Source: a virus (taxonomy: Duplodnaviria; Caudoviricetes). From it: a stretch of DNA of 34,484 nt. The notes beneath the pieces are model-generated. The model saw only the letters and a list, made by a program, of their open reading frames with translations, did not search any database and was not told the origin of the DNA. Where the stretch lies: positions 1 through 34,484 of the IMG/VR virus record IMGVR_UViG_3300033076_001074; one strand, 5' to 3'. Shown here in pieces: positions 7,440-15,745 of this stretch; position 1 is the stretch's first letter; each line of letters starts with the position of its first letter. A program made the position numbers and the translations under genes.

Positions 7440-8084
7440 ATGATTATAGATATAATTTCAGACTTACACGGTTATTGCCCTGAATTAGAAGGCGGTAATC
7501 TTCTGATTGTTGCAGGTGATTTGACGGCTAGAGATACTTGGAAGCAAAGAGAAGTTTTCCTTGAATGGCTTAATGGTCAAAATTACAAAAAAAAAGTATT
7601 TATTACAGGAAATCATGATTATGTTTTTCAGTATTTTGATGAAGAAGACTCTCTTAATTACCCTAGTATAAATTATCTTTGCGATTCAGGAACAGAATTT
7701 GAAGGATTAAAAATATGGGGAAGTCCCTGGACTTGTAAATTCGAAGGACAGAATCGAAATTGCATGGCGTTTACTGTTGATTCTGATAAAGAATTAGAAA
7801 AAAAATGGAAACTCATACCGGAAGACATAGATATATTAGTTACTCACTCACCTCCCTATGGAATTTTTGATTGTGTAAAAAAAATAAAAGGGTCGGAACA
7901 TGTAGGATCTAAATCATTACGTCAACATGTAATGACTCGCATTAAACCGCAAGTTCATGCATTTGGACATATACATGAATGGGGTGGAAAAATTACAGAT
8001 TGCGTAACTACAAAATTTGTAAATGCCTCTATCGTCGATGAAAATTACAAACATGTGCATAAACCTGTGAGAATGGTTTTGTAA
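7440..8084 (+). CDS. Calcineurin-like metallophosphoesterase (MPPED/239FB-like)
   Basis: SDLHG, AGDLT, GNHD, IWGSPW, LVTHSPPYG, FGHIHE, FVNAS motifs. Confidence 0.92.
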   Translation: MIIDIISDLHGYCPELEGGNLLIVAGDLTARDTWKQREVFLEWLNGQNYKKKVFITGNHDYVFQYFDEEDSLNYPSINYLCDSGTEFEGLKIWGSPWTCKFEGQNRNCMAFTVDSDKELEKKWKLIPEDIDILVTHSPPYGIFDCVKKIKGSEHVGSKSLRQHVMTRIKPQVHAFGHIHEWGGKITDCVTTKFVNASIVDENYKHVHKPVRMVL

Positions 8085-8087
8085 AAA

Positions 8088-8342
8088 ATGGTGTATGAAA
8101 AATGTTTTTCATGTGAAATAAAACATCCGAAAGTCGAATGTATTGGAATTTGGTATTGTCCAAATGCATTATGCCGAGGAGTAGGTGCAGCATGGTTTCG
8201 AAGCACTCTAGATAGTTATAAAGAAATTGATGGCATCCATCATGAAGTTTGTAAAATAGAATGGTTAGAAAAAGGTAGAAAATATAACATAGACCACAAA
8301 ATCAAACGCAAAAATTTTAAAATCGAAAGAAAAATAATTTAA
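8088..8342 (+). CDS. Cys-rich hypothetical protein
   Basis: CFSC...C....YCPNALC. Confidence 0.7.
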   Translation: MVYEKCFSCEIKHPKVECIGIWYCPNALCRGVGAAWFRSTLDSYKEIDGIHHEVCKIEWLEKGRKYNIDHKIKRKNFKIERKII

Positions 8343-8349
8343 AGGAAAA

Positions 8350-8538
8350 ATGAAAGGGTACATTGTTTGCACAGACACATGGCAAAATAAAAAAATATGT
8401 AAACGCAAAGAATGTTTTTTAGAAAGACAAAAAAATGAAAACGACAATATTGCAATTGAAACTTGTCAAAATGACAAAAATGCTTATGTTTTAAGTTATA
8501 ACTTTATAAATGTGGAAAATTCACACAAAAATGACTGA
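8350..8538 (+). CDS. Hypothetical protein
   Basis: 62 aa; AAGGA RBS. Confidence 0.6.
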   Translation: MKGYIVCTDTWQNKKICKRKECFLERQKNENDNIAIETCQNDKNAYVLSYNFINVENSHKND

Positions 8539-8542
8539 TTTC

Positions 8543-8570
8543 ATGCAACATAAGATATATAATCAGACCC
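8543..8570 (-). other. dif-like XerC/XerD recombination site (candidate attP)
   Basis: Minus strand GGGTCTGATTA-TATATC-TTATGTTGCAT in an 11-6-11 layout; 19/28 identity to E. coli dif (GGTGCGCATAA-TGTATA-TTATGTTAAAT), 9/11 in the XerD arm; intergenic. Confidence 0.65.
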
Positions 8571-8586
8571 AATAAAAAAGACTATA

Positions 8587-8766
8587 ATGAATCAAGAAAC
8601 TAAAGAAAAAATCCAAGGTTGGATAAATCAACATGGAAAAGTCTCAAACGTTTTCCTTCAAGTAAAATTAAAAATCACCTTTAATGAAGCTAAAAAATAT
8701 TTAGATGAAATTTCTGTAAATATATTACAAAATAAATCTGATATAAATTTGGCTCGAAATGATTAA
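8587..8766 (+). CDS. 59-aa stand-alone FtsK-gamma-like domain protein (not in ORF track)
   Basis: WINQHGKVSNVFLQVKLKITFNEAKKYLDEI aligns without gaps to the FtsK gamma core [31 protein letters not shown]. Confidence 0.6.
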   Translation: MNQETKEKIQGWINQHGKVSNVFLQVKLKITFNEAKKYLDEISVNILQNKSDINLARND

Positions 8767-8866
8767 AATAATATTTACACTTTTATTGCTTATTTCATCT
8801 AGCTTTCTAACTTCATGTGCTGGCAAGTGCAATTACAACTACACTGGACATCACGGAGCTTTTTAA
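8759..8866 (+). CDS. 35-aa micro-lipoprotein (not in ORF track)
   Basis: MIKIIFTLLLLISSSFLTS-CAGKCNYNYTGHHGAF; canonical lipobox LTSC; paralog at 26471-26602. Confidence 0.7.
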   Translation: MIKIIFTLLLLISSSFLTSCAGKCNYNYTGHHGAF

Positions 8867-8958
8867 AATGAATATGTTTTCTACTCAAATTTAACCTCAA
8901 AGCTCAAAATACACTAATCAAATTGCCTAAAATTATTTATTGTGTTAAAAAAATATTT

Positions 8959-9375
8959 ATGGCAAGACCTGAAAAACCCATAGACTGGGAAAGATTTGAT
9001 AAATTGTTGCGCGCTCAATGTCCACCGGAAGAAATTGCCGGAAAATTTCATATGCATGTAACTAGACTATATGAAAAAGTTAGAAATGAAAAAGGAATGA
9101 GTTTTGGGAATTATGCTAATACTATCTACTCGGAAGGTAAATCACTTTTAAGAGAGGTTCAATATGATAAAGCAATTGAAGGAAACATTACTTTATTAAT
9201 AAAACTTGGTGAAATTTATTTAAATCAATCAGAAAAGACAGTTGTTAAAGAAGTTGACAAAACAGATCTTGAAAATAAAATAATGGAATTAGAAGCTAGA
9301 TTGGCAAAACATGAGTCAATTGACAACAAGTTCAAAACAGAATCAGAGTTTTCTAGAAGCGACACGTCGCTTTAA
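8959..9375 (+). CDS. Terminase small subunit
   Basis: MARPEKPIDW..., HTH-like region, GK..LR..QY.KA..GNITLLI.LG..YLNQ; directly upstream of and overlapping the large subunit. Confidence 0.8.
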   Translation: MARPEKPIDWERFDKLLRAQCPPEEIAGKFHMHVTRLYEKVRNEKGMSFGNYANTIYSEGKSLLREVQYDKAIEGNITLLIKLGEIYLNQSEKTVVKEVDKTDLENKIMELEARLAKHESIDNKFKTESEFSRSDTSL

Positions 9376-10597
9376 CATATGGGTCGGCGCGGTTCGTTCA
9401 GGAAAAACATTCGCAAGCATTAGAAAATTTATTGATCGCATTAAGTGGGGGATTCCAGGTGATGCGATGATAGTCGGGGTTAATCGTGGTAGCATTCATC
9501 GCAATATTCTTACTCACATGTTTAAGACTTTGGGCTTTCCATGCCCATCTCCAATGTCCCCAAAAACGAGTTTATTTGGTCGTGATGTCTATTTCGTTGG
9601 TGCTCCAGATATTAGTGCTGTTTCTACTATACAAGGAAGCACTTTAGCATATGCTTACGTCGACGAAGCAACAAATCTTCCAGAACCTTTTTGGAAGATG
9701 TTAGAAAGCCGTTTAAGTATAGATGGAGCGCAATTGTTTGCTACATGCAACCCCGAAGGACCCTCACATTGGCTTAAAAAGGAATATTTAGACAGTAAAG
9801 AACATGATTTAATCTACTGGAATTTTAATTTAGATGATAACCCTAGTCTTACAGATAAGTTTAAAAAAGACCTCAAAGCATCATATAAAGGCATGTGGTA
9901 TAAAAGATATATTCTTGGTGAATGGGCAATGGCCACAGGAGCTATTTTCGACGGGTTTGATAATCTAAATATTTATGAAAAACCATATCCAAAACCTTCT
10001 TTTTATTGTGCTGGAATAGACTACGGCACTGTTAATGCAACTTCATGCCATTTAGCCGCTGTTTCACCGCACAGTTGGCCGCAAATTCGTATTGAAAAAG
10101 AATATTATTTTGATTCAAAAAAATATGGTCGAGCTAAAACAGATAGAGAATTAGCTTTAGACATTCGAAAGTTTTTAGAAAATGAATCTATTACGTCTCT
10201 ATATGTAGATCCAGCAGCAGCAAGCTTAAAGCTAGAATTGCGTAACATGGATTTGCCAGTAATCGACGCTAACAATGATGTTCTTTTTGGAATAAAAGTA
10301 ATGTCGCAATATATTTCAGGAAAAAATTTAGTCGTTCATAAATCTTGTACAAATCTCATAGAACAGATTCAATCTTATGCGTGGGATCCAAAAGCAGCAG
10401 ATAGAGGAGAAGACAAGCCAATAAAAAAAGACGATCACGCCGTCGATTCAACAAGATATTTGATAGCTTCATGTTTTAAACATGGTTTAGAAGGTCACTT
10501 AGGGGAAAGTGTGTCAATACAGAAGATAAATGAGCAGATTTATGGTGATAATACTCAATATATGTTCGGAGATAATCAAGTTGGAGGATATTTTTAA
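9311..10597 (+). CDS. terL: Terminase large subunit (PBSX-like)
   Basis: Walker A GAVRSGKT, Walker B AYVDEA, ATCNPEGP.HW, GIDYG, YVDPAA, DDHAVDSTRY. Confidence 0.96.
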   Translation: MSQLTTSSKQNQSFLEATRRFNIWVGAVRSGKTFASIRKFIDRIKWGIPGDAMIVGVNRGSIHRNILTHMFKTLGFPCPSPMSPKTSLFGRDVYFVGAPDISAVSTIQGSTLAYAYVDEATNLPEPFWKMLESRLSIDGAQLFATCNPEGPSHWLKKEYLDSKEHDLIYWNFNLDDNPSLTDKFKKDLKASYKGMWYKRYILGEWAMATGAIFDGFDNLNIYEKPYPKPSFYCAGIDYGTVNATSCHLAAVSPHSWPQIRIEKEYYFDSKKYGRAKTDRELALDIRKFLENESITSLYVDPAAASLKLELRNMDLPVIDANNDVLFGIKVMSQYISGKNLVVHKSCTNLIEQIQSYAWDPKAADRGEDKPIKKDDHAVDSTRYLIASCFKHGLEGHLGESVSIQKINEQIYGDNTQYMFGDNQVGGYF

Positions 10598-10839
10598 TGA
10601 AATGGATCAAAACTAATAGATCTTTAGATATAGAAGATTTTAGAAGAAATTTACCTTTAGATAAACCATTTATATGTTTATGGAAAGGAGTTGTTTGTTT
10701 GTGTGAATATGATGAAGATATTGACCGTTTTTATATCGGTATGATGCCTCTTTCATATTTAGGCTTTTGGAAGCTAGATATAGAAAGAGAAAAGAAAATT
10801 ACTCACTACATGGTAATAGATTTACCAGAAGATTATTGA
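10597..10839 (+). CDS. Hypothetical protein (DUF551-like) between terminase and portal
   Basis: MKWIK...LP...ITHYM..LPE pattern; TAATG overlap. Confidence 0.7.
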   Translation: MKWIKTNRSLDIEDFRRNLPLDKPFICLWKGVVCLCEYDEDIDRFYIGMMPLSYLGFWKLDIEREKKITHYMVIDLPEDY

Positions 10840-10863
10840 GATAAAAATTAACTTTAATATAAT
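10836..10863 (+). promoter_or_regulatory. Promoter upstream of the portal gene
   Basis: TTGAGA-16 nt-TATAAT. Confidence 0.55.
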
Positions 10864-10889
10864 GTAAAAAATATTTATTAAGGTTTAAA

Positions 10890-12932
10890 ATGCCGTCATA
10901 TCAAAATCAAGTTTATTCTCTCGGTTATATGGATCCAGGTGACGAGGATGCTCGTCATATCAAACAGATGAAAGATCATTTCTACTTGCAAAATTACACG
11001 GGTGCCTCTGCAATATGGTCTCAGGGTGCAATTGATAAGCGTTTCAAAATAGGCGACACTACTCTTTACAGCTCTGCTTATGGAAAAAACGTTGCACAAT
11101 ATCAGAAGTTTTTTTTCAACATGATAAAACGTCATGGAAACATGATATCAGGTTTTCAAAGAAAAAATAGAAAGTCAACTATAACTGTTCCTAGGATGGG
11201 TGAAGAAGCGGATGAGCTTGCCGATGATTATAATAAAGTTATTAGATGGAGCGAGGATCGTGATTGTTTCCAAGAGTATTTCTCCCAATCTTTTGAGGGT
11301 GGGATTGATGTGGGAATTAATTGGCTATGGATGTACAACGACTATACTTATGACCCTATCTCAGGAGATCTTTTCACAGACTCCGTAAGTTTTAATAATG
11401 TTTTGTGGGATCAAAATTTTCATAAAATGGATCTTACTGATTGTCAAGGCGTGTGGCGAAGACGTTGGGTTTCTAAAAACATGTTAAAACAACTTCTCCC
11501 GGGCTATGAATCTGAATTAAAAAACATTCGTCCAAGTGGTGCTAAAGATGGTAGGTTTCCTCTTCAAGCAGAACTTCAAAATCTTCAAATATCGAATCTT
11601 TACACCTACGATGAATTTTATTATAGATCCACTCGCGAAGCTATTTTCTTAATGGATCCTTATACTCAGGAATATTATGAGTGGGAAGATGATCTAAATT
11701 TACCAGATGGTGCACTTGAAATGGCCTTGCAAAGACAGCCGTGGCTTAAAAAAGTTAAAAAACAAATACCAACAGTTAAAATGTGTTTAAGTATAGGTGA
11801 TAGGGTTGTTTATGACGGACAAAATCATTTAAATGTCGATCTTTATCCTTGTGTCCCTCATCTTTGTTATCATGAACCTGATGTCTTGTCATATTCAGGA
11901 CGTCTTATGGGATATATAAGAAATTTGAGAGATCCTCAGTTCTTGTACAATATGAGAAAGATTATTGAACTTCAGATATTGCAATCTCAAGTAAATGCCG
12001 GGTGGATTTATCCGGTAGATGCGGTAGTAGATCCGCAAGCCTTTAGACAAGCCTCTGGGGGTGATGCTTTTGTAATTCCCCTTAAAGCGGGAAGATCGCC
12101 TGCAGAAATACAAAGAATTGAACCAAGTGCTTTGCCCGGTTCTCTTTTAGAATTATCCAGAAGCCTTTCAGAAGATATAACAAAAATAAGCGGAGTTAAC
12201 GAAGAGCTTTTAGGAATGGCTGACGATGATAAATCGGGAATATTATCAATGCTAAGACAATCGGCCGGTTTAGTAACTCTACAAAACATATTTGATAAAT
12301 CAGATATGACACAAAGACTTTATGGAAAATTGCGATTAGAAGCTATAAGAAAAAATTTCAAAATCAATAAAGTTAAAGACATCTTAGGAAAAATGCCTCA
12401 TCCTAAATTTTTTCTTAACAACAGCCAAAAATATCAAGTCTCAATTGAAGAAGGAAACTATTCAACTACACAAAGACAAATGGAATTGCAGCAATATTTA
12501 CACTTCAAACAATTGGGTATGAATATTCCTGATGAAACAATCATTCGAGCAGCATTTATTACAAACAAAAAGCAAGTAATGCAAGAAATGCAGCAGCAGA
12601 ATCAAGCGGCTCAACAACAACAGCAAGCGCAAATGCAAGGACAGGCTCAGGAAAGCCAATCTAAGATCATGCTTGACCAAGCTAAGGCTCAAACAGAATT
12701 AGCGCGCCAGCGCGATCTAATGATGTCGGCAGCAGAAAGACAGGCAAATGTTGAGAACATTAAAGCAGCAGCTCAATATCGAGAAATTGAATCAGACTTA
12801 GGAATTATTAAAATGGCGATGGAATTAGAAGATGTTCAATTCAATCAATTGAAGAATGCTGTTGAGTTTGTTACAGCAGTTAAAGAAAAAGAGAATGAAA
12901 ATAATTCTTTAAATAGGCAAAATAAAATTTAA
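10890..12932 (+). CDS. Portal protein (P22-like)
   Basis: 680 aa after terL; FN.IK.....ISG.QR.NR, G.IRNLRDPQ..YN, ISGVNEELLG, SG; Q-rich C-terminal helical barrel. Confidence 0.92.
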   Translation: MPSYQNQVYSLGYMDPGDEDARHIKQMKDHFYLQNYTGASAIWSQGAIDKRFKIGDTTLYSSAYGKNVAQYQKFFFNMIKRHGNMISGFQRKNRKSTITVPRMGEEADELADDYNKVIRWSEDRDCFQEYFSQSFEGGIDVGINWLWMYNDYTYDPISGDLFTDSVSFNNVLWDQNFHKMDLTDCQGVWRRRWVSKNMLKQLLPGYESELKNIRPSGAKDGRFPLQAELQNLQISNLYTYDEFYYRSTREAIFLMDPYTQEYYEWEDDLNLPDGALEMALQRQPWLKKVKKQIPTVKMCLSIGDRVVYDGQNHLNVDLYPCVPHLCYHEPDVLSYSGRLMGYIRNLRDPQFLYNMRKIIELQILQSQVNAGWIYPVDAVVDPQAFRQASGGDAFVIPLKAGRSPAEIQRIEPSALPGSLLELSRSLSEDITKISGVNEELLGMADDDKSGILSMLRQSAGLVTLQNIFDKSDMTQRLYGKLRLEAIRKNFKINKVKDILGKMPHPKFFLNNSQKYQVSIEEGNYSTTQRQMELQQYLHFKQLGMNIPDETIIRAAFITNKKQVMQEMQQQNQAAQQQQQAQMQGQAQESQSKIMLDQAKAQTELARQRDLMMSAAERQANVENIKAAAQYREIESDLGIIKMAMELEDVQFNQLKNAVEFVTAVKEKENENNSLNRQNKI

Positions 12933-12949
12933 ATTACTAGGAGGTAATT

Positions 12950-13135
12950 ATGAGAAGAGAAAACGAAGGCGAAGGCTACAAAGTTATGAAAAGAGGACAT
13001 GAAGAAAAAGATATGAGCCATACAAGAGATTCAAATCTTAAATATTCAAAATATGGCATGGATAATGAAAAAGAGCTAAAAGAAGATGTTAATGACCTTT
13101 CAGCTTATGTCAAAAAAAATAGAATGAAGTATTAA
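12950..13135 (+). CDS. Small charged protein, head module
   Basis: Strong AGGAGG RBS; 61 aa. Confidence 0.8.
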   Translation: MRRENEGEGYKVMKRGHEEKDMSHTRDSNLKYSKYGMDNEKELKEDVNDLSAYVKKNRMKY

Positions 13136-13136
13136 T

Positions 13137-13313
13137 ATGCAAAAAGATTATCGAAAAGATGCAATAGAGAAATCAAAGAATCACTGGGAAATGAATGTCA
13201 GTGATTCTGTTTTTCCACAAAAATATAACAAAAAACAATTTGCTAATTATAACGCAAATTCGCCAAAAAATTGGCCTAGAACACATGTTAAAGTTAATGA
13301 ATGTGATTATTAA
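13137..13313 (+). CDS. 58-aa hypothetical protein (not in ORF track)
   Basis: MQKDYRKDAIEKSKNHWEMNV...NECDY; fills the gap exactly, TAATG overlap with the next gene. Confidence 0.7.
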   Translation: MQKDYRKDAIEKSKNHWEMNVSDSVFPQKYNKKQFANYNANSPKNWPRTHVKVNECDY

Positions 13314-13879
13314 TGGAAGAACGAAAAACTGCTGGTGAACTTGCACAACAAGCTTTAAAGGATGATACAAAATATGATCCACTTGAATTGGCTTATGGTG
13401 TTCGCAAAGAAGTTGCAGAAGGTTTTCAAGAATCTGTCAAAATTTATAGCTCAAAAATAGAAGAAAATGAGTTTTGCGCTGTAATGGTTTTGGCTAATGA
13501 TCCTTTGCTTGTCAACTTAAAACGCCGTAAGTTTTATTGTTGGCCTTGGCTTCCATCACCTAGGCCAAATCAAACCGTTTTGCTTTATAATAAAGCTTTA
13601 GATAAGTTTACAAAGCGATTATGGGTTCTTCCAGATGCTAGAGCAATGGCTATTTTAGCCAATCCTGATTTAAATGTACAAAATCACCATAAAACTATGC
13701 AAATGTGGTCTCTAGCTTTTTATAAGGGTATTTTTTGGGAATATATACGAGCGCAGCATGATATAAAAATGCTTTCTCAAGAAGAATATTTTAAATTACA
13801 CTCCAAGGAATTGGCCAAGGCGAAAATTGATAATCCCGAGCTTTTTGTTACCGATGCCATCAATTTTAGTGAGCTCTGA
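13313..13879 (+). CDS. Hypothetical protein, head module
   Basis: 188-aa ORF, translationally coupled. Confidence 0.8.
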   Translation: MEERKTAGELAQQALKDDTKYDPLELAYGVRKEVAEGFQESVKIYSSKIEENEFCAVMVLANDPLLVNLKRRKFYCWPWLPSPRPNQTVLLYNKALDKFTKRLWVLPDARAMAILANPDLNVQNHHKTMQMWSLAFYKGIFWEYIRAQHDIKMLSQEEYFKLHSKELAKAKIDNPELFVTDAINFSEL

Positions 13880-14077
13880 ATTTTTTAAATCATATACAGT
13901 ATAAATTTTATTTTCTTTTAAAATTGTATTTATGTTATCAGGTAAGCAAAGAACGTCGATAGTGACATCTAAAAAGCTTTTATCCATGTGGTTTTTATAA
14001 TTATTTATGCTATCAACAAAATTTTTAGCAATTTTTTTTACTTCTTCATTGTAAATCTTTAATTTTTCATCATCCAT
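13796..14077 (-). CDS. Stand-alone RNA polymerase alpha-CTD-like (HhH) protein
   Basis: LDVTIDVLCLPDNINTILKENKIYTVYDL..SELTKIDGIGNKKL versus alpha-CTD [43 protein letters not shown]. Confidence 0.7.
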   Translation of the reverse strand: MDDEKLKIYNEEVKKIAKNFVDSINNYKNHMDKSFLDVTIDVLCLPDNINTILKENKIYTVYDLKNSELTKIDGIGNKKLGIINFRLGQFLGV

Positions 14078-14087
14078 AAGGTAAATT

Positions 14088-14867
14088 ATGTCAGAAAATC
14101 AAGAAAATGTTAACCAAAATATCAAAAATTCAATTACACAAATAGAACAGAATGAGCCAAAAAAAGAGATTCAAAAAAATGTTGAAAACATACCAAATAA
14201 AATGCCGGAAAATCCTGATTTTGTAAAAAGTGAAGAAAATCAAGAAAACTGGAAAATTTTCCGAGAAGAACGAGCAAAAGAAAGAAAAGCTAAAGAAGAA
14301 GCCGAAAGATTAGCAAAACAAAAAATGGAAGAAGCAGAAGCTTTAAAAAAAGCTATGGAAGCGTTGTTAGAAACTCAAAAAGCGCCTCAACAAAACAATA
14401 GTGATTTTAAAGATATTTTATATGAAGAAGATGAAGAAAAAAGAATTCAAAGACTTATTGATGAAAGATTAAATCAAGAAAGAAAAAAATATCAAGAAGA
14501 TCTAGCAAGAGCAGAAGCTCAAAAACTACCTCAGCTTATTCAGCAAAATATGCCCGATTTTAATCAAGTTTGTACTCAAGAAAATGTCGATTATCTTTAT
14601 TACAAAAATCCCAGCCTTGCTAAAAGCCTTGAAATGGTTCCAGATAGTTACAATAAATGGGCTGCTGTCTATGAAGCGGTAAAGGGTCTTGTACCATTAC
14701 AAGCAAAAAATGATTCAAATATTATGCAAAGAAATCTAGCTAAACCCCAATCGGCTGCCGCAGTTTTAACAGATACAAAGCCGGAAACTCAAGGATGGCA
14801 ACTTTCTGAACAGAGAAAAAGAGAAAATCAGCTCAGAGCAAAAAGAGAATCAAGACAGATTGGTTAA
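14088..14867 (+). CDS. Capsid scaffolding protein
   Basis: E/K/Q-rich coiled coil between portal and capsid; PDF..V motif; NLAKPQS tail. Confidence 0.75.
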   Translation: MSENQENVNQNIKNSITQIEQNEPKKEIQKNVENIPNKMPENPDFVKSEENQENWKIFREERAKERKAKEEAERLAKQKMEEAEALKKAMEALLETQKAPQQNNSDFKDILYEEDEEKRIQRLIDERLNQERKKYQEDLARAEAQKLPQLIQQNMPDFNQVCTQENVDYLYYKNPSLAKSLEMVPDSYNKWAAVYEAVKGLVPLQAKNDSNIMQRNLAKPQSAAAVLTDTKPETQGWQLSEQRKRENQLRAKRESRQIG

Positions 14868-14869
14868 AA

Positions 14870-15520
14870 TTAACGGTTTAAACAATTTTCTTTATGTGAT
14901 ATCCAACGGCAATTTGAAGGCTCGTAGTTGCCGTCATTATTTATCCTATCCAAATCCATTTTTAAAGGTCGTTCTCCCATATCTTTTAAAAAATTTCTGA
15001 AATCATTCCATCTTTCACACACACTTATTCCACGACCGCCATAACGATGATATGCTTCGTTATTTTTATTTTTACATCTATGATGCATTGCAGACCATAT
15101 TTTATATGTGTTTGTATTGGATTTTCCATGAACAATATTATTGTAAGCTTTTTCTCTATTAGAACATGTTCGGCATTTGGTTGAAGTATATTTTTTTCTG
15201 GTTAAATGAGGGCCAAAAACTTCCTGGATTTTACCGCATTTACATTGACAATTATAAGTATAAGATTTGAATTTAGTTCCAGCAACATTTAAAACAATCC
15301 AATCACCAAATTTTTTACCTATCATTTCATCAGAGGTAGAAGTTTTTCTTCTGCCACAATCCCAACATCTTTTTGAACGTCCTAATTTCATTGAAACAAA
15401 ATGAACATTTTGAATTTTACCGCATTTACAAATACATTCATAATATTTACCCGGTCTTTCGTCATAAACTTCATTAAGAATTTTCCAATCACCAAATTTT
15501 TTACCTAAATTTTCATCCAT
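14870..15520 (-). CDS. Free-standing HNH-type homing endonuclease
   Basis: Two GKKFGDW...C.CKCG repeats, then HG...TYKIW..M..RC, YGGRGISVCERW..F.NFL.DMGERP...LDRINNDGNYEPSNCRW. Confidence 0.88.
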   Translation of the reverse strand: MDENLGKKFGDWKILNEVYDERPGKYYECICKCGKIQNVHFVSMKLGRSKRCWDCGRRKTSTSDEMIGKKFGDWIVLNVAGTKFKSYTYNCQCKCGKIQEVFGPHLTRKKYTSTKCRTCSNREKAYNNIVHGKSNTNTYKIWSAMHHRCKNKNNEAYHRYGGRGISVCERWNDFRNFLKDMGERPLKMDLDRINNDGNYEPSNCRWISHKENCLNR

Positions 15521-15603
15521 ATTTTCTCCATTGATATAAAATCTTTACAATTGTTTAATATAATACACTTTTTGTGTTTTTTTTACAATACTATAAAAAA
15601 TAA

Positions 15604-15633
15604 TTGATAATATTTATTGGTTTTATGTAATAT
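15604..15633 (+). promoter_or_regulatory. Promoter for the major capsid operon
   Basis: TTGATA-18 nt-TAATAT. Confidence 0.5.
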
Positions 15634-15647
15634 TCAGTTAGCTGAAA

Positions 15648-15720
15648 TATGGCTTCGCTAGCTTATAGGCTGATTTACTCCTCGCCAGAGTGCGGATAAA
15701 TAGACGTCGCTGTCTACATT
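15648..15720 (+). promoter_or_regulatory. Capsid mRNA leader with three hairpins sharing a UCGC loop
   Basis: GGCT-TCGCT-AGCT, ACTC-CTCGCCA-GAGT, TAGAC-GTCGCT-GTCTA. Confidence 0.65.
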
Positions 15721-15745
15721 ATTAACATTCAAACGAGGAAAAATT

